Positions 8,348 through 18,206 of a DNA stretch of 64,000 nucleotides are shown here, piece after piece (within the stretch, counting starts at the first letter, position 1; each line of letters starts with the position of its first letter). The stretch is taken from assembly GCA_965262725.1 (NCBI GenBank), contig OZ253555.1:800001-864000 (forward strand), written 5' to 3'. The position numbers were made by a program, and so were the translations under genes. The notes beneath the pieces were generated by a model. The model saw only the letters and a program-made list of their open reading frames with translations, was not told the origin of the DNA and did not search any database. Origin of the DNA: Dehalococcoidia bacterium. Lineage in GTDB: Bacteria > Chloroflexota > Dehalococcoidia > UBA2979.

Positions 8348-9247
8348 CTAGGCGAGGGCGACAGCAAAGGCCGCGAGGAACGCGATCTGCACGCCGGCTG
8401 CGGCGAGGAACAGCACGTACGCGGCCGCCCGGTTCCGGGCGTGCGCGAGCGCGCCGAGCATGAGGTTGACGACGAGCATCGCCGTGGCGACCCGCGGCAT
8501 CTCGAGGATCGCGCTCCGCTCCACGACCGTGAGGCGCTCGACGCCGCTCGTGGGGGGAAAGGCGATGTCGAGGGTCGGCGGAAGGCCGGGGTAGCGGGCC
8601 ACCACCTGCCCCCACATCGCCACCGCCGCAGCGAGCGCCACCACGAGCAGCACCAGCGCCCGCCGGTCCTGCCACAGCGGCTGCGCGGAGACGCCCCATC
8701 GCTCCGCGTGGTGCGCGACGACGGCGGTGGGGCCCAGTTCCTGCCGCCTCTGCACCTCCTCCGCGAAGCGGACGGGATCCTCGACCGAGATCGCGTAGGT
8801 GCGCTCGCTCGTCATCACGTAGAGCAGCTCCTCCGGCGACTGGTGCGCGGAGTAGACGAGCACGTCGCCGATCCGGGCGAGCTCGGCGCGTCCGACGTGG
8901 CAGCCAGGCCAGGAGATGCCGCGGACGCGGGGCGTGTCGTCGAGTGATCGCTCGGGGACGAGTCGCTCGATAGAGCCCAGCGGGATCACCTGGCGCGTCG
9001 TCCCCCACTCGATCACGAGCCCGTTGCGATCGACGCGGTAGGCGAGCGTCGCGAGTCCGTAGCACCAGTAGGCGAAGAGCAGCGCGATCGCTGCCGCCAC
9101 GGCGGCGCCGCCGTAGGCCGCGAGCTGCGCCGGTCCGACCCCGGCGGTGATCCCCGCGTTGAGCAGGAGCACGCCGATGGCAGCCGACCAGGACGCGAGT
9201 ACCGCGCCCACCAGCAGCCCGAGCGTGCGGCGTGGCTGGTAGTGCAC
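8348..9247 (-). CDS. Membrane protein with bacterial PH-like domain
   Basis: Two N-terminal TM helices, a YRVDRNGLVIEWG...IPLGSI bPH-like segment and three C-terminal TM helices. Confidence 0.65.
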   Translation of the reverse strand: MHYQPRRTLGLLVGAVLASWSAAIGVLLLNAGITAGVGPAQLAAYGGAAVAAAIALLFAYWCYGLATLAYRVDRNGLVIEWGTTRQVIPLGSIERLVPERSLDDTPRVRGISWPGCHVGRAELARIGDVLVYSAHQSPEELLYVMTSERTYAISVEDPVRFAEEVQRRQELGPTAVVAHHAERWGVSAQPLWQDRRALVLLVVALAAAVAMWGQVVARYPGLPPTLDIAFPPTSGVERLTVVERSAILEMPRVATAMLVVNLMLGALAHARNRAAAYVLFLAAAGVQIAFLAAFAVALA

Positions 9248-9274
9248 CGTCGGCGCGGCCGGGGCGCCCGGGGC

Positions 9275-10219
9275 CTAGCCCTGGGCGCCGACCGCGGCGG
9301 CGGAGTAGATGGGCGTGAGCCAGTCGCGGTAGCCGGGCAGCCCCCCGGTGATCGCGGCGAAGTAGCGTCGCTGCAACTCCACGGATACCGGCCCGGGCCG
9401 CCCGTCGCCGACCGGCACGCGGTCCACCTCCGTGACGGGGGTGACGTGCGCCGCCGTCCCGGTCATGAAGATCTCGTCGGCGATGTAGAGCTCGGAGCGG
9501 TCGACCGTGCGCCGCTCGACCTCGAGACCGAGCTCCTCGCGCGCGATCATGAGCGCCGTGTCGAGCGTGATCCCCTCGAGGATGTTGTCATGGGGCGCGG
9601 GGCTCACCAGCCGCCCGTTTCGCAGCAGCACGATGTTCTCGCCCGACCCCTCCGAGACGTGACCATCGGCGTTGAGCAGGATCGCCTCGTCGAAACCGGA
9701 GAGCTGCGCCTCCGTCTTGGCGAGCGCGTTGTTCACGTAGAGCCCGGTTACCTTGGCGCGCGCCGGGATCATGGTGTCGTCGATGCGACGCCAGCTCGAC
9801 GTCATGCAGCGGACGCCGGCGTCCGGATCGAGGTAGGCGCCGAAGGGCGTGACGAACACCAGGAAGTCGTCGTCCAGGTTGTGGAGGCGCACCCCGATCT
9901 GCTGCGACGACTTGTAGATGATCGGCCGGACGTAGATGTCCTCCCGGTAGTCGTTCCGCCGCACGAGATCGGTGATGACCTCCACCATCACGTCCTCGTC
10001 GAGCGGGGTGGAGAGTCGCATGATCTTCGCGCTCTGCCGGATGCGCTGGACGTGCTCGCGCAGCTTGAAGAGGTAGAGTTCGCCGTGCGCCTCGTTCCAG
10101 TTCCCGCGCACCCCCTCGAAGACGGCCGTCCCGTAGTTGAAGGCGTGCGTCATGACGCCAACCTTCGCCTCCGAGAGCGGGACGAATCGCTTCTCGAAGT
10201 ACGCAGTCGGTGTCGGCAT
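9275..10219 (-). CDS. ilvE: Branched-chain amino acid aminotransferase (fold type IV)
   Basis: NYGTAVFEGVRG, AKVTGLY (PLP lysine), EGSGEN, LEGIT and DEIFMTGTAA. Confidence 0.95.
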   Translation of the reverse strand: MPTPTAYFEKRFVPLSEAKVGVMTHAFNYGTAVFEGVRGNWNEAHGELYLFKLREHVQRIRQSAKIMRLSTPLDEDVMVEVITDLVRRNDYREDIYVRPIIYKSSQQIGVRLHNLDDDFLVFVTPFGAYLDPDAGVRCMTSSWRRIDDTMIPARAKVTGLYVNNALAKTEAQLSGFDEAILLNADGHVSEGSGENIVLLRNGRLVSPAPHDNILEGITLDTALMIAREELGLEVERRTVDRSELYIADEIFMTGTAAHVTPVTEVDRVPVGDGRPGPVSVELQRRYFAAITGGLPGYRDWLTPIYSAAAVGAQG

Positions 10220-10392
10220 GATCGCTCCTCGAGGTCGAGACCCCGGGCCGGCGCGGCTCGCGGAGAGCCGCCGGGCGTGCGGGGGCGTGGCTGCGATGAT
10301 AGGTCTCGGCGCGAAAGGGCGGCAAGCACGCGCGGGGAGGCCGACCGGGACGTTATGCTCCGGCGCGAAGCGGTCGGGCGATGGGGGGTGAG

Positions 10393-11268
10393 ATGACGCG
10401 TCTCGTGGCGAGCTTCGTGGTGGGCGCGCTGGAGGTCACGCAGCTCTCGGACGGCTCCTTCCACCGTCCGCTCGGCGGCTTCTTCGACGGCGTGGATCCC
10501 GCCGAGTGGATGCCGGTCGCGGGGGTCTCCTCTCCGGATGAGGGTGCGCCGTTCAACTTCTCCGCGATGCTGGTGCGCGGCGATGGACACACGACCTTGA
10601 TCGACACCGCGAACGGCACGCGCGGCGTCGAGGACTCATGGGAGGGCGCCGCGGAGCTGCTCGTCCGACTCGCCGAGGCGGGCGTCGAGCCCCAGGACGT
10701 CGATACCGTCGTCCACTCGCACCTGCACCCCGACCACATCGGCTGGAATCTCACGCCGGAGGGCCGGCCGGTCTTCCCCAACGCCACCTTCCACCTCTCC
10801 GAGCCGGAGTTCGACTGGTGGCTGCGCTACGACGGGAACGACCATCCGATGCGCGACTACGCGCGTCAGCAGATGGAACCCCTGGTCGAGGCGGGCCAGG
10901 TCGAGAGCTTCGTCGGCGACCGGCAGGTCACGCCGTCGCTCACGATGGTGTACGCGCCGGGCCACACGCCCGGGCACTGCGTGCAGCTGCTGGAGTCGGA
11001 GGGGGAGGCGGCCCTCATCGTCGGCGACTCGGCGCACCATCCCGCCCACCTTACGCAGCAGGGCTGGCACTCGACCTTCGACTGGAACCGCGACCAGGCG
11101 CGCGCCGCCCGGCGCAAGCTCGCCGAGATCGCGATCGCGAAGGAGGCGCTGGTGACCGGCGTGCACTTCCCGATCCTGACGCTCGGGAGGATCGAACGCG
11201 CCGGCGCGGGCGGTTACCGCTACATCGTCGCGGAGGCGCCGGACCGGGTGCCGGGAGGCGCCCCGTAG
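10393..11268 (+). CDS. Metallo-beta-lactamase-fold hydrolase (lactonase/YtnP-like)
   Basis: HSHLHPDHIG, PGHTPGH, GDSAH and HFP. An alternative start exists at 10381. Confidence 0.88.
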   Translation: MTRLVASFVVGALEVTQLSDGSFHRPLGGFFDGVDPAEWMPVAGVSSPDEGAPFNFSAMLVRGDGHTTLIDTANGTRGVEDSWEGAAELLVRLAEAGVEPQDVDTVVHSHLHPDHIGWNLTPEGRPVFPNATFHLSEPEFDWWLRYDGNDHPMRDYARQQMEPLVEAGQVESFVGDRQVTPSLTMVYAPGHTPGHCVQLLESEGEAALIVGDSAHHPAHLTQQGWHSTFDWNRDQARAARRKLAEIAIAKEALVTGVHFPILTLGRIERAGAGGYRYIVAEAPDRVPGGAP

Positions 11269-12422
11269 CGGGGGAGCCGCCCGCGGCCGTCCGCACGCGG
11301 ACCCTGCCGCTTGCGCCGCTGCACCACCAGGCGGGCTGGCGCGCGGCGCCTCAGCACGGCTGGACGCTCCCGCTCTGGTACGAGACGAGCGGAGGCCCCC
11401 TCGAGGAGCAGGTCGCCGCGCGCTCCGGAGCCGTGGTCGCCGATCGCTCGCACCTGGGCCGGTTTTACGTGACCGGCGAGCGCGCGGCCGGGGTGCTGGC
11501 GGGCGCGCTCGCGACGGATGCGCGCCGGCTTCCACGCGGGCGCGTCGCCCGCGCCGTGGCCTGCCGGGAGGACGGCAGCGTGCTCGACGTCCCGTGGCTC
11601 TGGCATCTCGACGAGGGTCGCTGGCTCGTGATCAGCGGGCCGCGCACGCAGGAGCGGTTGCTCTCGCGCGTGACGGCGCAGGCCTCGGCCGGTGGCGCGG
11701 CCGCAGGCGTCGCGCTGCACGACCGCCTCGCGGTGACGGTCCTGCTCTCGCTGCAGGGGCCGCGTTCTGAGGAACTCCTCGCGGAGATCGTCGGGCCGAC
11801 GATCCCCCGGGCGCTTGAGCCCGGCGCCTGCCGCGAACTCTTGCTCGGCAACTACCGTGCCGCCGTGGCGCGCGCCTCGGCCGTCGGGGAGGACGGCTAC
11901 TGGATGCTCGTCTCGCCCGACGTCGGTGAGCAGGTGTGGAACGGCGCCCTCACCTCGGGGATGGTCCCCTTGGGGCTCGCGGCGCACGACGCGCTTCGCC
12001 TCGAGGCGGGCGTGCTCGAGGCGCCGCTGGAGGTACCCCGCCCGGCGACGCCGGAGGCCGCCGGCCTGGGCGCCCTGGTCGACCTCGATCCGCCCGCCGG
12101 GCTCGGCCCCCGCGATTTCCCGGGACGGGCTGAGCTCGCCGCCGAGAGACTCCGCGGTGGGCCCGAGCGCCGGGCCACCTGGCTCCGCCTCGCCGGCCGC
12201 AAGCCGGCGAGGCCCGGCGCACCGGTGCTCGCCTCAGGCGAGGTGGTCGGTGCGTGCGTCGCGGCCTGGTACTCGGCGGCACTCGCGGCGCCCCTCGCCC
12301 TCGCCTATCTCGCCCCGCCGGTGCTCGGTGGATCGCTTGCCGTCGAGGTCGGAGGCGGCGCCGCGCCAGCGGAGGCGCTTCAGTCGCCGCCCGCGTCGCC
12401 GGGTGGCGCGGCGGCGCTCTGA
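11265..12422 (+). CDS. GcvT/aminomethyltransferase-family folate-binding protein (start codon uncertain)
   Basis: GWTLPLWY, DRSHLGRFYVTG, LSLQGPRS, GEDGY, GLAAHDALRLEAG and ALAYL. No canonical start precedes the conserved N-terminus. Confidence 0.75.
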   Translation, partial: VAGEPPAAVRTRTLPLAPLHHQAGWRAAPQHGWTLPLWYETSGGPLEEQVAARSGAVVADRSHLGRFYVTGERAAGVLAGALATDARRLPRGRVARAVACREDGSVLDVPWLWHLDEGRWLVISGPRTQERLLSRVTAQASAGGAAAGVALHDRLAVTVLLSLQGPRSEELLAEIVGPTIPRALEPGACRELLLGNYRAAVARASAVGEDGYWMLVSPDVGEQVWNGALTSGMVPLGLAAHDALRLEAGVLEAPLEVPRPATPEAAGLGALVDLDPPAGLGPRDFPGRAELAAERLRGGPERRATWLRLAGRKPARPGAPVLASGEVVGACVAAWYSAALAAPLALAYLAPPVLGGSLAVEVGGGAAPAEALQSPPASPGGAAAL

Positions 12423-13117
12423 TCGCTCTGATCACGCCCGGTGGCGCTCGGGGACGCGTACGCCCGCCGGATCTCCTCGAGCTCCTCCTCCGAGCGAACG
12501 TGGAAGAGCACGAGGCGCGCGCTCTGCTCGCTCCCTGAGCGCCGGCCGCCGGGATCGACGATCTCGTAGCGGGCATGGAGCTGCATCGGGTGGAGCCGTA
12601 CGTCGAGATACCAGCCGGGGGGCTCGCCGAGCGTCACGACGGCGCGCCCGCCGGCCGCGATCGGCGTGTCGTGGCTCCCGGCGACCTCGATCACCGGCGG
12701 GCCCTCTCCGCCATAGTCATTCTCCGCGTCGTACCCTGGGACGAAGCTCATCGCCCAGGCGACCTCGCTGAGCGTCCGCCCGCCCCTGTTCGCGAGCGTG
12801 CCCCGGAGTTCGCCGCCGAGCACCCACAGGTCGAGGAGCTCGACCGTGGGACCGACTGCGGCCGCTCCGACCACGTCGGGGACCGCCTCGCCCGCGCCGG
12901 CTGCAGCGCCAGGCGCGGCGGCCGGCGCCCCGGCGCCGCCGGCCCTCGCCTCGCCCGCGGGCGCCGGGGCGGCCGCGGGACCACGGTCGCGCAGGAGCCA
13001 GGCGAGGAGGGCGATCGCGCCGCCGAGCACGCCGGCGAACGTGATTGCGCGCGTCCACCCGCCGCCTGAGGGGCGCGTCTCGGGCGTCCATCCGCCGCTT
13101 CGCGGGTCCTTGGACAT
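12380..13117 (-). CDS. Hypothetical single-pass membrane protein
   Basis: An N-terminal TM, an Ala/Pro linker and a beta-rich C-terminal domain. TAGTCT lies 6 nt before the ATG. Confidence 0.65.
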   Translation of the reverse strand: MSKDPRSGGWTPETRPSGGGWTRAITFAGVLGGAIALLAWLLRDRGPAAAPAPAGEARAGGAGAPAAAPGAAAGAGEAVPDVVGAAAVGPTVELLDLWVLGGELRGTLANRGGRTLSEVAWAMSFVPGYDAENDYGGEGPPVIEVAGSHDTPIAAGGRAVVTLGEPPGWYLDVRLHPMQLHARYEIVDPGGRRSGSEQSARLVLFHVRSEEELEEIRRAYASPSATGRDQSDQSAAAPPGDAGGD

Positions 13118-13241
13118 GTGCTGAGACTACACGCGCGTCGGCGGGAAGCGGGAGTCTTCAGGCCGCTCAAGACGCCTTTCGGCGAACGCGCCGGGTCGCT
13201 CTCTGGCGGGATCGCTCGCTCTCCGCGTAGCCTCGACGGAG

Positions 13242-14069
13242 ATGATCGAGCTCGTTCGCGCCGTCGTGCTCGGAGCCGTGCAGGCGCTCACGGAGTTCCT
13301 CCCGATCTCGTCGTCGGGACACCTGATCCTCGCCTCCCGGGCGATGGGGAGCTCGGTCGATTCGCTTACCTTCGACGTCGGGTTGCACCTCGGCACGGCG
13401 GGGGCCGTGCTCGCCTACTTCTGGCGCGACTGGCTCGGAATCGCTCGCTCCGGCCTCTCCGGCAGCCTCACCCACGGGCTCCGCGTCTCGCGCTGGGAGG
13501 GGCAGGCGCAGCTGGGCATCTGGATCCTCCTCGGCACGGCGCCGGCGGCCATCGCCGGGTTGCTCTTCACCGACGCGATCGAGCGGGATCTGCGCAACCC
13601 GACGGTCATCGGCGTGACGCTGATGCTCGGGGGGATCCTGATCGGCGCCGCCGATCGATGGGGCGGCACGCTCCGCCGGCTCCCCGCCATGCGGTGCGGA
13701 CCGGCGCTCCTCGTTGGCCTGGCGCAGGCGAGTGCCCTCGTGCCCGGCGTCTCGCGCTCCGGCATCACGATCGCCACCGCGCGAGGCCTCGGCTTCGAGC
13801 GCTACGCGGCGACGCGCTTCTCGTTCCTGCTCTCGATGCCGATCGTCATGGCGGCGGGCCTCTACCGCTTCGCCTCGGCGCTCACGGGCGAGGAGCACGT
13901 GGAGTGGGGCCCGCTCGTGGTCGGCGCCGTCGCGGCGCTCGTGGTCGGCGCCGCGGTGATCCACTTCCTGCTCGGCTTCGTGCAGGGACACTCCCTGCTT
14001 CCCTTCGTCCTCTACCGCGTCGCGCTCGGGGCGCTCACGCTGGGGCTCGTCGCCGCGGGGGCGTTCTGA
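13242..14069 (+). CDS. uppP: Undecaprenyl-diphosphate phosphatase (BacA)
   Basis: LGAVQALTEFLPISSSGHL, HLGT, PGVSRSGIT and FSFLLS. Confidence 0.96.
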   Translation: MIELVRAVVLGAVQALTEFLPISSSGHLILASRAMGSSVDSLTFDVGLHLGTAGAVLAYFWRDWLGIARSGLSGSLTHGLRVSRWEGQAQLGIWILLGTAPAAIAGLLFTDAIERDLRNPTVIGVTLMLGGILIGAADRWGGTLRRLPAMRCGPALLVGLAQASALVPGVSRSGITIATARGLGFERYAATRFSFLLSMPIVMAAGLYRFASALTGEEHVEWGPLVVGAVAALVVGAAVIHFLLGFVQGHSLLPFVLYRVALGALTLGLVAAGAF

Positions 14070-14139
14070 GCGCCGCCGCCGTCCGGGCGGGCCGGCGGGT
14101 ATACGATCGGATACGCCCGCCGCGCCTCGGGAGGGGGCC

Positions 14140-14928
14140 ATGAGCGAATCCGCAGCACCCGGCCCACGCCCGATCCCTCCGGCCGCCGATCCTCCGCTCG
14201 CGGGCCGCCGCGCCGCGGTCGTGGGCGTGGAGAGCGCGTCCGGGGCCGCCATCGCGCGCGCGCTCGGCGCAGCGGGCGCCGATGTCGCGCTCTGCGCACT
14301 CCGGCCCGACGAGGGCGTGCTCGTCGCGCGCCGCGTCCAGCGCGAACTCACTCAGGCCGGCCGCCGCGCCGCGAGCTACGTGATGGACGTGACGCTCGGG
14401 CGCAACGTCCAGGTCACCACGCGCCAGATCGCGAAGGAGCTCGGAGGGCTCGACCTCGTCGTTTCGGCGCCCGTGCTGCCCCTGTACGGTCCCCTCTCGC
14501 GGCTCGCCGACGTCGAGCTGGCGCAGGTGCTCGCGCTCAACTTCTCGGCGCACCTCTTTCTCGTGCGCTCGGCGGCACCGGAACTCGCCCGCGCGGGTGG
14601 CGGGACGCTGCTCCTGCTCACCCACGAGGCCGGCTCCCGGGGCGACCCCGGAGCGCCGGCCTTCGCCGCCGCGCAGGCGGCGACGCAGAGCCTCGTCGCC
14701 TCGCTCGCGGGGACGCTCGTGACCGAGGGGGTGGCCCTCGCCGCCATCTCGCTCGCCTCGCCGGTCGACGCCGCCGGCGCGGCGGACGGGGAGGCCGAAG
14801 CCGAGGCTGCGCGCGCCGCCGCCCACGCCGTGGAGCTCGCGACCCTGGGCGAGGAGGCGGCCGGGCGCATCGTCGGCGCCGGGCCGCCTCTCAGCGCGGC
14901 GAGCCCGGCGGGGGAGGAAACGGCGTGA
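14140..14928 (+). CDS. SDR-fold protein, catalytically degenerate
   Basis: SDR layout, but the glycine motif reads VGVESASG, NNAG reads VSAP and YxxxK reads FAAAQ. Confidence 0.8.
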   Translation: MSESAAPGPRPIPPAADPPLAGRRAAVVGVESASGAAIARALGAAGADVALCALRPDEGVLVARRVQRELTQAGRRAASYVMDVTLGRNVQVTTRQIAKELGGLDLVVSAPVLPLYGPLSRLADVELAQVLALNFSAHLFLVRSAAPELARAGGGTLLLLTHEAGSRGDPGAPAFAAAQAATQSLVASLAGTLVTEGVALAAISLASPVDAAGAADGEAEAEAARAAAHAVELATLGEEAAGRIVGAGPPLSAASPAGEETA

Positions 14929-15737
14929 GCCTCCCGGGGTTCGATCTCTCCGGTCGTGTGGCGATCGTGACCGGCGCGGGCGGCGGGTTCGGGCGGGAGA
15001 TCGCGTTCTCGCTCGCGCGCGTTGGCTGTGACGTCGTCGCTGCGGGCCGACGCGAGCCTCCGCTTCAGCGCGCGGCGGCTGCCGTCCGGGAGCTGGGCCG
15101 CCGAGCGCTCGTGCGCCCGACCGACGTCACCGACTCGGCGCAGGTGAACGCTCTCGTTCAGGAGACGATCGCGGAGTTCGGGCGCGTCGATGTGCTCGTG
15201 AACAACGCCGGATCCTACGCCGGGATCGCCGCGGGCCCGCTCGCTCAACTCACCGACGAGGAGTGGCGGGCCGGTCTCGACGCCAACCTCACGGGGGCCC
15301 TCTACTGCGCGCGCGCCGTGCTGCCGAATATGATCGCGCGCCGCAGCGGCCGCATCGTCTCCATCGCCTCCGGGCTCGGTCTCCGCGCGCGCCGTGACGA
15401 CTACGTCTACTCGGTGGCGAAGGCGGGTGTGATACAGCTGACGCGCGCGCTCGCCGCCTCCCACGGACGCGACGGCGTCTGCGCGACTGCGGTGGCGCCC
15501 GGCCTCTTCCCGCTCGACGCCGGCGAGGAGGAGCGCGCGCGCCTGGGCGAGCGGCAGGTCGCGGGGCGCGTCGGGCGGCCGGAGGAAGTCGGACCGGTCG
15601 TCGCCTTCCTCGCCTCGGACGCCTCCGCCTATCTCAACGGCACCACGCTCTCGCTCGACGGCGGGGCGTCGGCGGGCGGGCTCGTCCCCGCCGGCCTGGC
15701 CGCGACGCACGCCGCGGCCGGGAGGACGGCACCGTGA
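14925..15737 (+). CDS. Short-chain dehydrogenase/reductase (canonical)
   Basis: TGAGGGFG, VNNAG, SIAS, YSVAK and DGG. Confidence 0.92.
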   Translation: MSLPGFDLSGRVAIVTGAGGGFGREIAFSLARVGCDVVAAGRREPPLQRAAAAVRELGRRALVRPTDVTDSAQVNALVQETIAEFGRVDVLVNNAGSYAGIAAGPLAQLTDEEWRAGLDANLTGALYCARAVLPNMIARRSGRIVSIASGLGLRARRDDYVYSVAKAGVIQLTRALAASHGRDGVCATAVAPGLFPLDAGEEERARLGERQVAGRVGRPEEVGPVVAFLASDASAYLNGTTLSLDGGASAGGLVPAGLAATHAAAGRTAP

Positions 15738-16522
15738 CGTCCTGGCCGCCCGCGGAGCTGGCGGGGCGCACTGCGCTGGTGACGGCGGCGGTGGGCCCTC
15801 TGGGCCGGGCGCTCGCCGTCGGGCTCGCCGAGGCCGGGCTGAACGTCTCGGTGACGACCCTCACCGGCGTGTGCGAGGAGGAGTTCCAGGCGAACTCGAT
15901 CCTCAACGAGTGCTGGTCGCTCGGCCGCCGCGGGGGGGCGTACGCGCTCGATCTCGCCGACCCCGGCGCGGTCGAATCGGCGCTCGATGCCGTGGAAAGC
16001 GCAGCGGGCCCCATCGCGGTGCTCGTGAACGCCGCGCAGGCCGCGCAGGCCGTGCCGGTCGTCCCGGCCGTGGAGGCCGATGCCGTCGCGTGGGAGCGCG
16101 CCCTCCGGCTCGGGGCGACGGCGATCTTCGTGCCGACCCTCGCCGCGGGGAGGCGGATGCTGGCGCAAGGACACGGGCGCGTCGTCAGCGTTGTCTCCGT
16201 GCTGCACGACCGCGGCGCGCCGGGCGGGTCGATGGTCGGCGCGGCGTCGGGCGCGGTCGCGGCCCTCACGAGGTCGCTCGGCGTGGAGTGGGCGCGCAGC
16301 GGCGTGACCGTGAACGCGCTCGCCGTCGGGCTGATCGAGGGTCTTCCGGGGCCGCACGCCGACGCCGAGACGCGCGCGGCGCTCGAGCGCTACATCCCGT
16401 CGCGCCGCATCGGCCGGCCCGACGACCTCGTCGGCGCGCTGCTCTACCTTGTTTCGGACGCGGCCGCCTACGTGAACGCCGAGGTGCTGGCGGTCGACGG
16501 CGGACTGGCGGTCCACGCGTGA
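15734..16522 (+). CDS. SDR-fold protein, catalytically degenerate
   Basis: TAAVGPLG, VNAA, YxxxK replaced by VGAAS. The C-terminal SDR features (VTVNALAVG, RIGRPDD, VDGG) are intact. Confidence 0.82.
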   Translation: MTSWPPAELAGRTALVTAAVGPLGRALAVGLAEAGLNVSVTTLTGVCEEEFQANSILNECWSLGRRGGAYALDLADPGAVESALDAVESAAGPIAVLVNAAQAAQAVPVVPAVEADAVAWERALRLGATAIFVPTLAAGRRMLAQGHGRVVSVVSVLHDRGAPGGSMVGAASGAVAALTRSLGVEWARSGVTVNALAVGLIEGLPGPHADAETRAALERYIPSRRIGRPDDLVGALLYLVSDAAAYVNAEVLAVDGGLAVHA

Positions 16523-17142
16523 GCTCGCCCGCAGCGGACGGCGCGTTGCGCGGGGGGCACCGCCGCGCCCGGGCCCCCGCGCCGCTCGGCCGGCCCGGTC
16601 CCTCCTGGGACGGGAGCGGTCTCCTCGGCCGCCCCGCGCCGCACCAGGCAGCCGACGCTGCCCGGACGCGCCCGCCCCCGGACGTCGCCAGCCCCCCGCG
16701 GCCCGCCCTGGAGGGGCTGGACCTCCGGCGCGACGGCTCCGTCGCCGGACTCGGACGTCGCGCCGTCGGCTTCATCGCCGATGAGTTCACGCACCGGCTC
16801 ATCCTGCTGGTCGTGCTGATCGTCACCGGCGCCGACGTCGACTCTCCCGGCTTCTTCGCGCTCGCGATCGCGATCCCGGTCGCCTACCACTGGACCTTCG
16901 ACTCGCTCGGCTGGTCGCCGGGGAAGCGCGCCGCGGGGCTACGCTTGATCAACGACCGCGGAGAGCCGCCGGGGTCCCTCGCCGGCGGCGTCCGCGCGGT
17001 GGTCGTGCTGCTGATCCCGTTCTACCTGAGCTACGTCTGGGCCGTCTGGGATTCCCGCGTGCAGACCCTGCACGACAAGGCCGCCCGCACCTACGTGGTG
17101 CCGCTCTCCGAGCTATCTCGGGAGGACGCCGAGCGGCGGTAG
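16519..17142 (+). CDS. RDD-family membrane protein
   Basis: GTG overlaps the upstream stop. RRAVGFIAD, SPGKRAAGLR and QTLHDKAARTYVV. Confidence 0.85.
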   Translation: MSSPAADGALRGGHRRARAPAPLGRPGPSWDGSGLLGRPAPHQAADAARTRPPPDVASPPRPALEGLDLRRDGSVAGLGRRAVGFIADEFTHRLILLVVLIVTGADVDSPGFFALAIAIPVAYHWTFDSLGWSPGKRAAGLRLINDRGEPPGSLAGGVRAVVVLLIPFYLSYVWAVWDSRVQTLHDKAARTYVVPLSELSREDAERR

Positions 17143-17185
17143 CGTGGGATCCTCGGCCGACCCCCCGGCGACCGGTCTCAGGGGC

Positions 17186-18166
17186 TTACCAGGGGAGCGA
17201 GCGGGGCTGGAGGACCTGGCGGACCTGCCCGTCGCCGACGAGCGCAATGAGGTCGAGCGAGCCGTACGTCGCCGGGCTCATCCCGCGCAGCGCGGCCGTG
17301 ACCAACTCCTCCTCCATGTGGCCAATCGCCGTGATCACCAGGAGCACGGCGAGATCGACCTCCCGCTCGGCGCGCTGGGAGACAGCGCGCGCCACGGCGC
17401 GGCGGAAGAGGCGGCGCACGAGCGATCCGTCAAGCGGCCAGAACCTCGGGGGCGCGCCGACGAGCGTGACACCGATCGGCGCATCGCCCGGCAGGCGGGA
17501 GAGCAGCCAGTAGTCGTGGAGTGGGACGGCGCTCACCTCCCCGGCGGCGAGCAGCTCGGCGCGGTCGCGCACGCGGGAGATCAGGATCGCCTGCTCCGCC
17601 TCCTGCTCCGGGAGGCGGCGCAGCGGCCGCGAATCGAGGTGGAACGCCCCCGATACGCCCTCCGAGAGATGGGTCCATAGCGGGGACATGCCACCGGCGA
17701 CGGAGACGTACGAGCCCTGCTCATCTACCTTCGCGAGCTGAAGCGTGACGGGTATGCGCACCTCGCGGCGCTCGCCGGGGGCGAGTCCGGTGAGGCCGCG
17801 CGCGAGGAGGAGGCGTAGCTGGGAGCGAGCGGGCTCGCCGTCGGGCAGCTCGGCTCCCGGCGGCACCCAGACGACGTAGGCGCCGCCCCCCTCCGCGGGC
17901 CCGGCGGCCGCGGCATCGGCGCTCAGCAGGCCCTCCATCGCCTCGGCGCCGGGCGGGAGGCCGGGCGGATCGCAGAGCACGGCGACCGAGACCCCGACGG
18001 TCCGCTCCCGCTGCTGGAGCGTCGCGTCGAAGGGCGACGGCTCCCCGGCCCCGGGCCGGAACGTCCGGTAGTAGCGCTCGCTCATCCACGCGGTGAGCAT
18101 CGCCAGGCCCGCGTGCTCGACCCGGGTGAGCTCGCTGCCGGAGGCGGCGTCGGGCGGCGATCTCAC
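17186..18166 (-). CDS. Hypothetical protein
   Basis: A 326-aa ORF with protein-like composition that fills the gap. No family recognised. Confidence 0.65.
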   Translation of the reverse strand: MRSPPDAASGSELTRVEHAGLAMLTAWMSERYYRTFRPGAGEPSPFDATLQQRERTVGVSVAVLCDPPGLPPGAEAMEGLLSADAAAAGPAEGGGAYVVWVPPGAELPDGEPARSQLRLLLARGLTGLAPGERREVRIPVTLQLAKVDEQGSYVSVAGGMSPLWTHLSEGVSGAFHLDSRPLRRLPEQEAEQAILISRVRDRAELLAAGEVSAVPLHDYWLLSRLPGDAPIGVTLVGAPPRFWPLDGSLVRRLFRRAVARAVSQRAEREVDLAVLLVITAIGHMEEELVTAALRGMSPATYGSLDLIALVGDGQVRQVLQPRSLPW

Positions 18167-18206
18167 GCCGGGATACGCCGTGCCCGGTGAGATGGCCGGC
18201 GGAGGC

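Noticed and set aside
6680-8947. 755-aa plus-strand ORF
   Set aside because: Antisense to three well-supported minus-strand genes and has no recognisable motifs.
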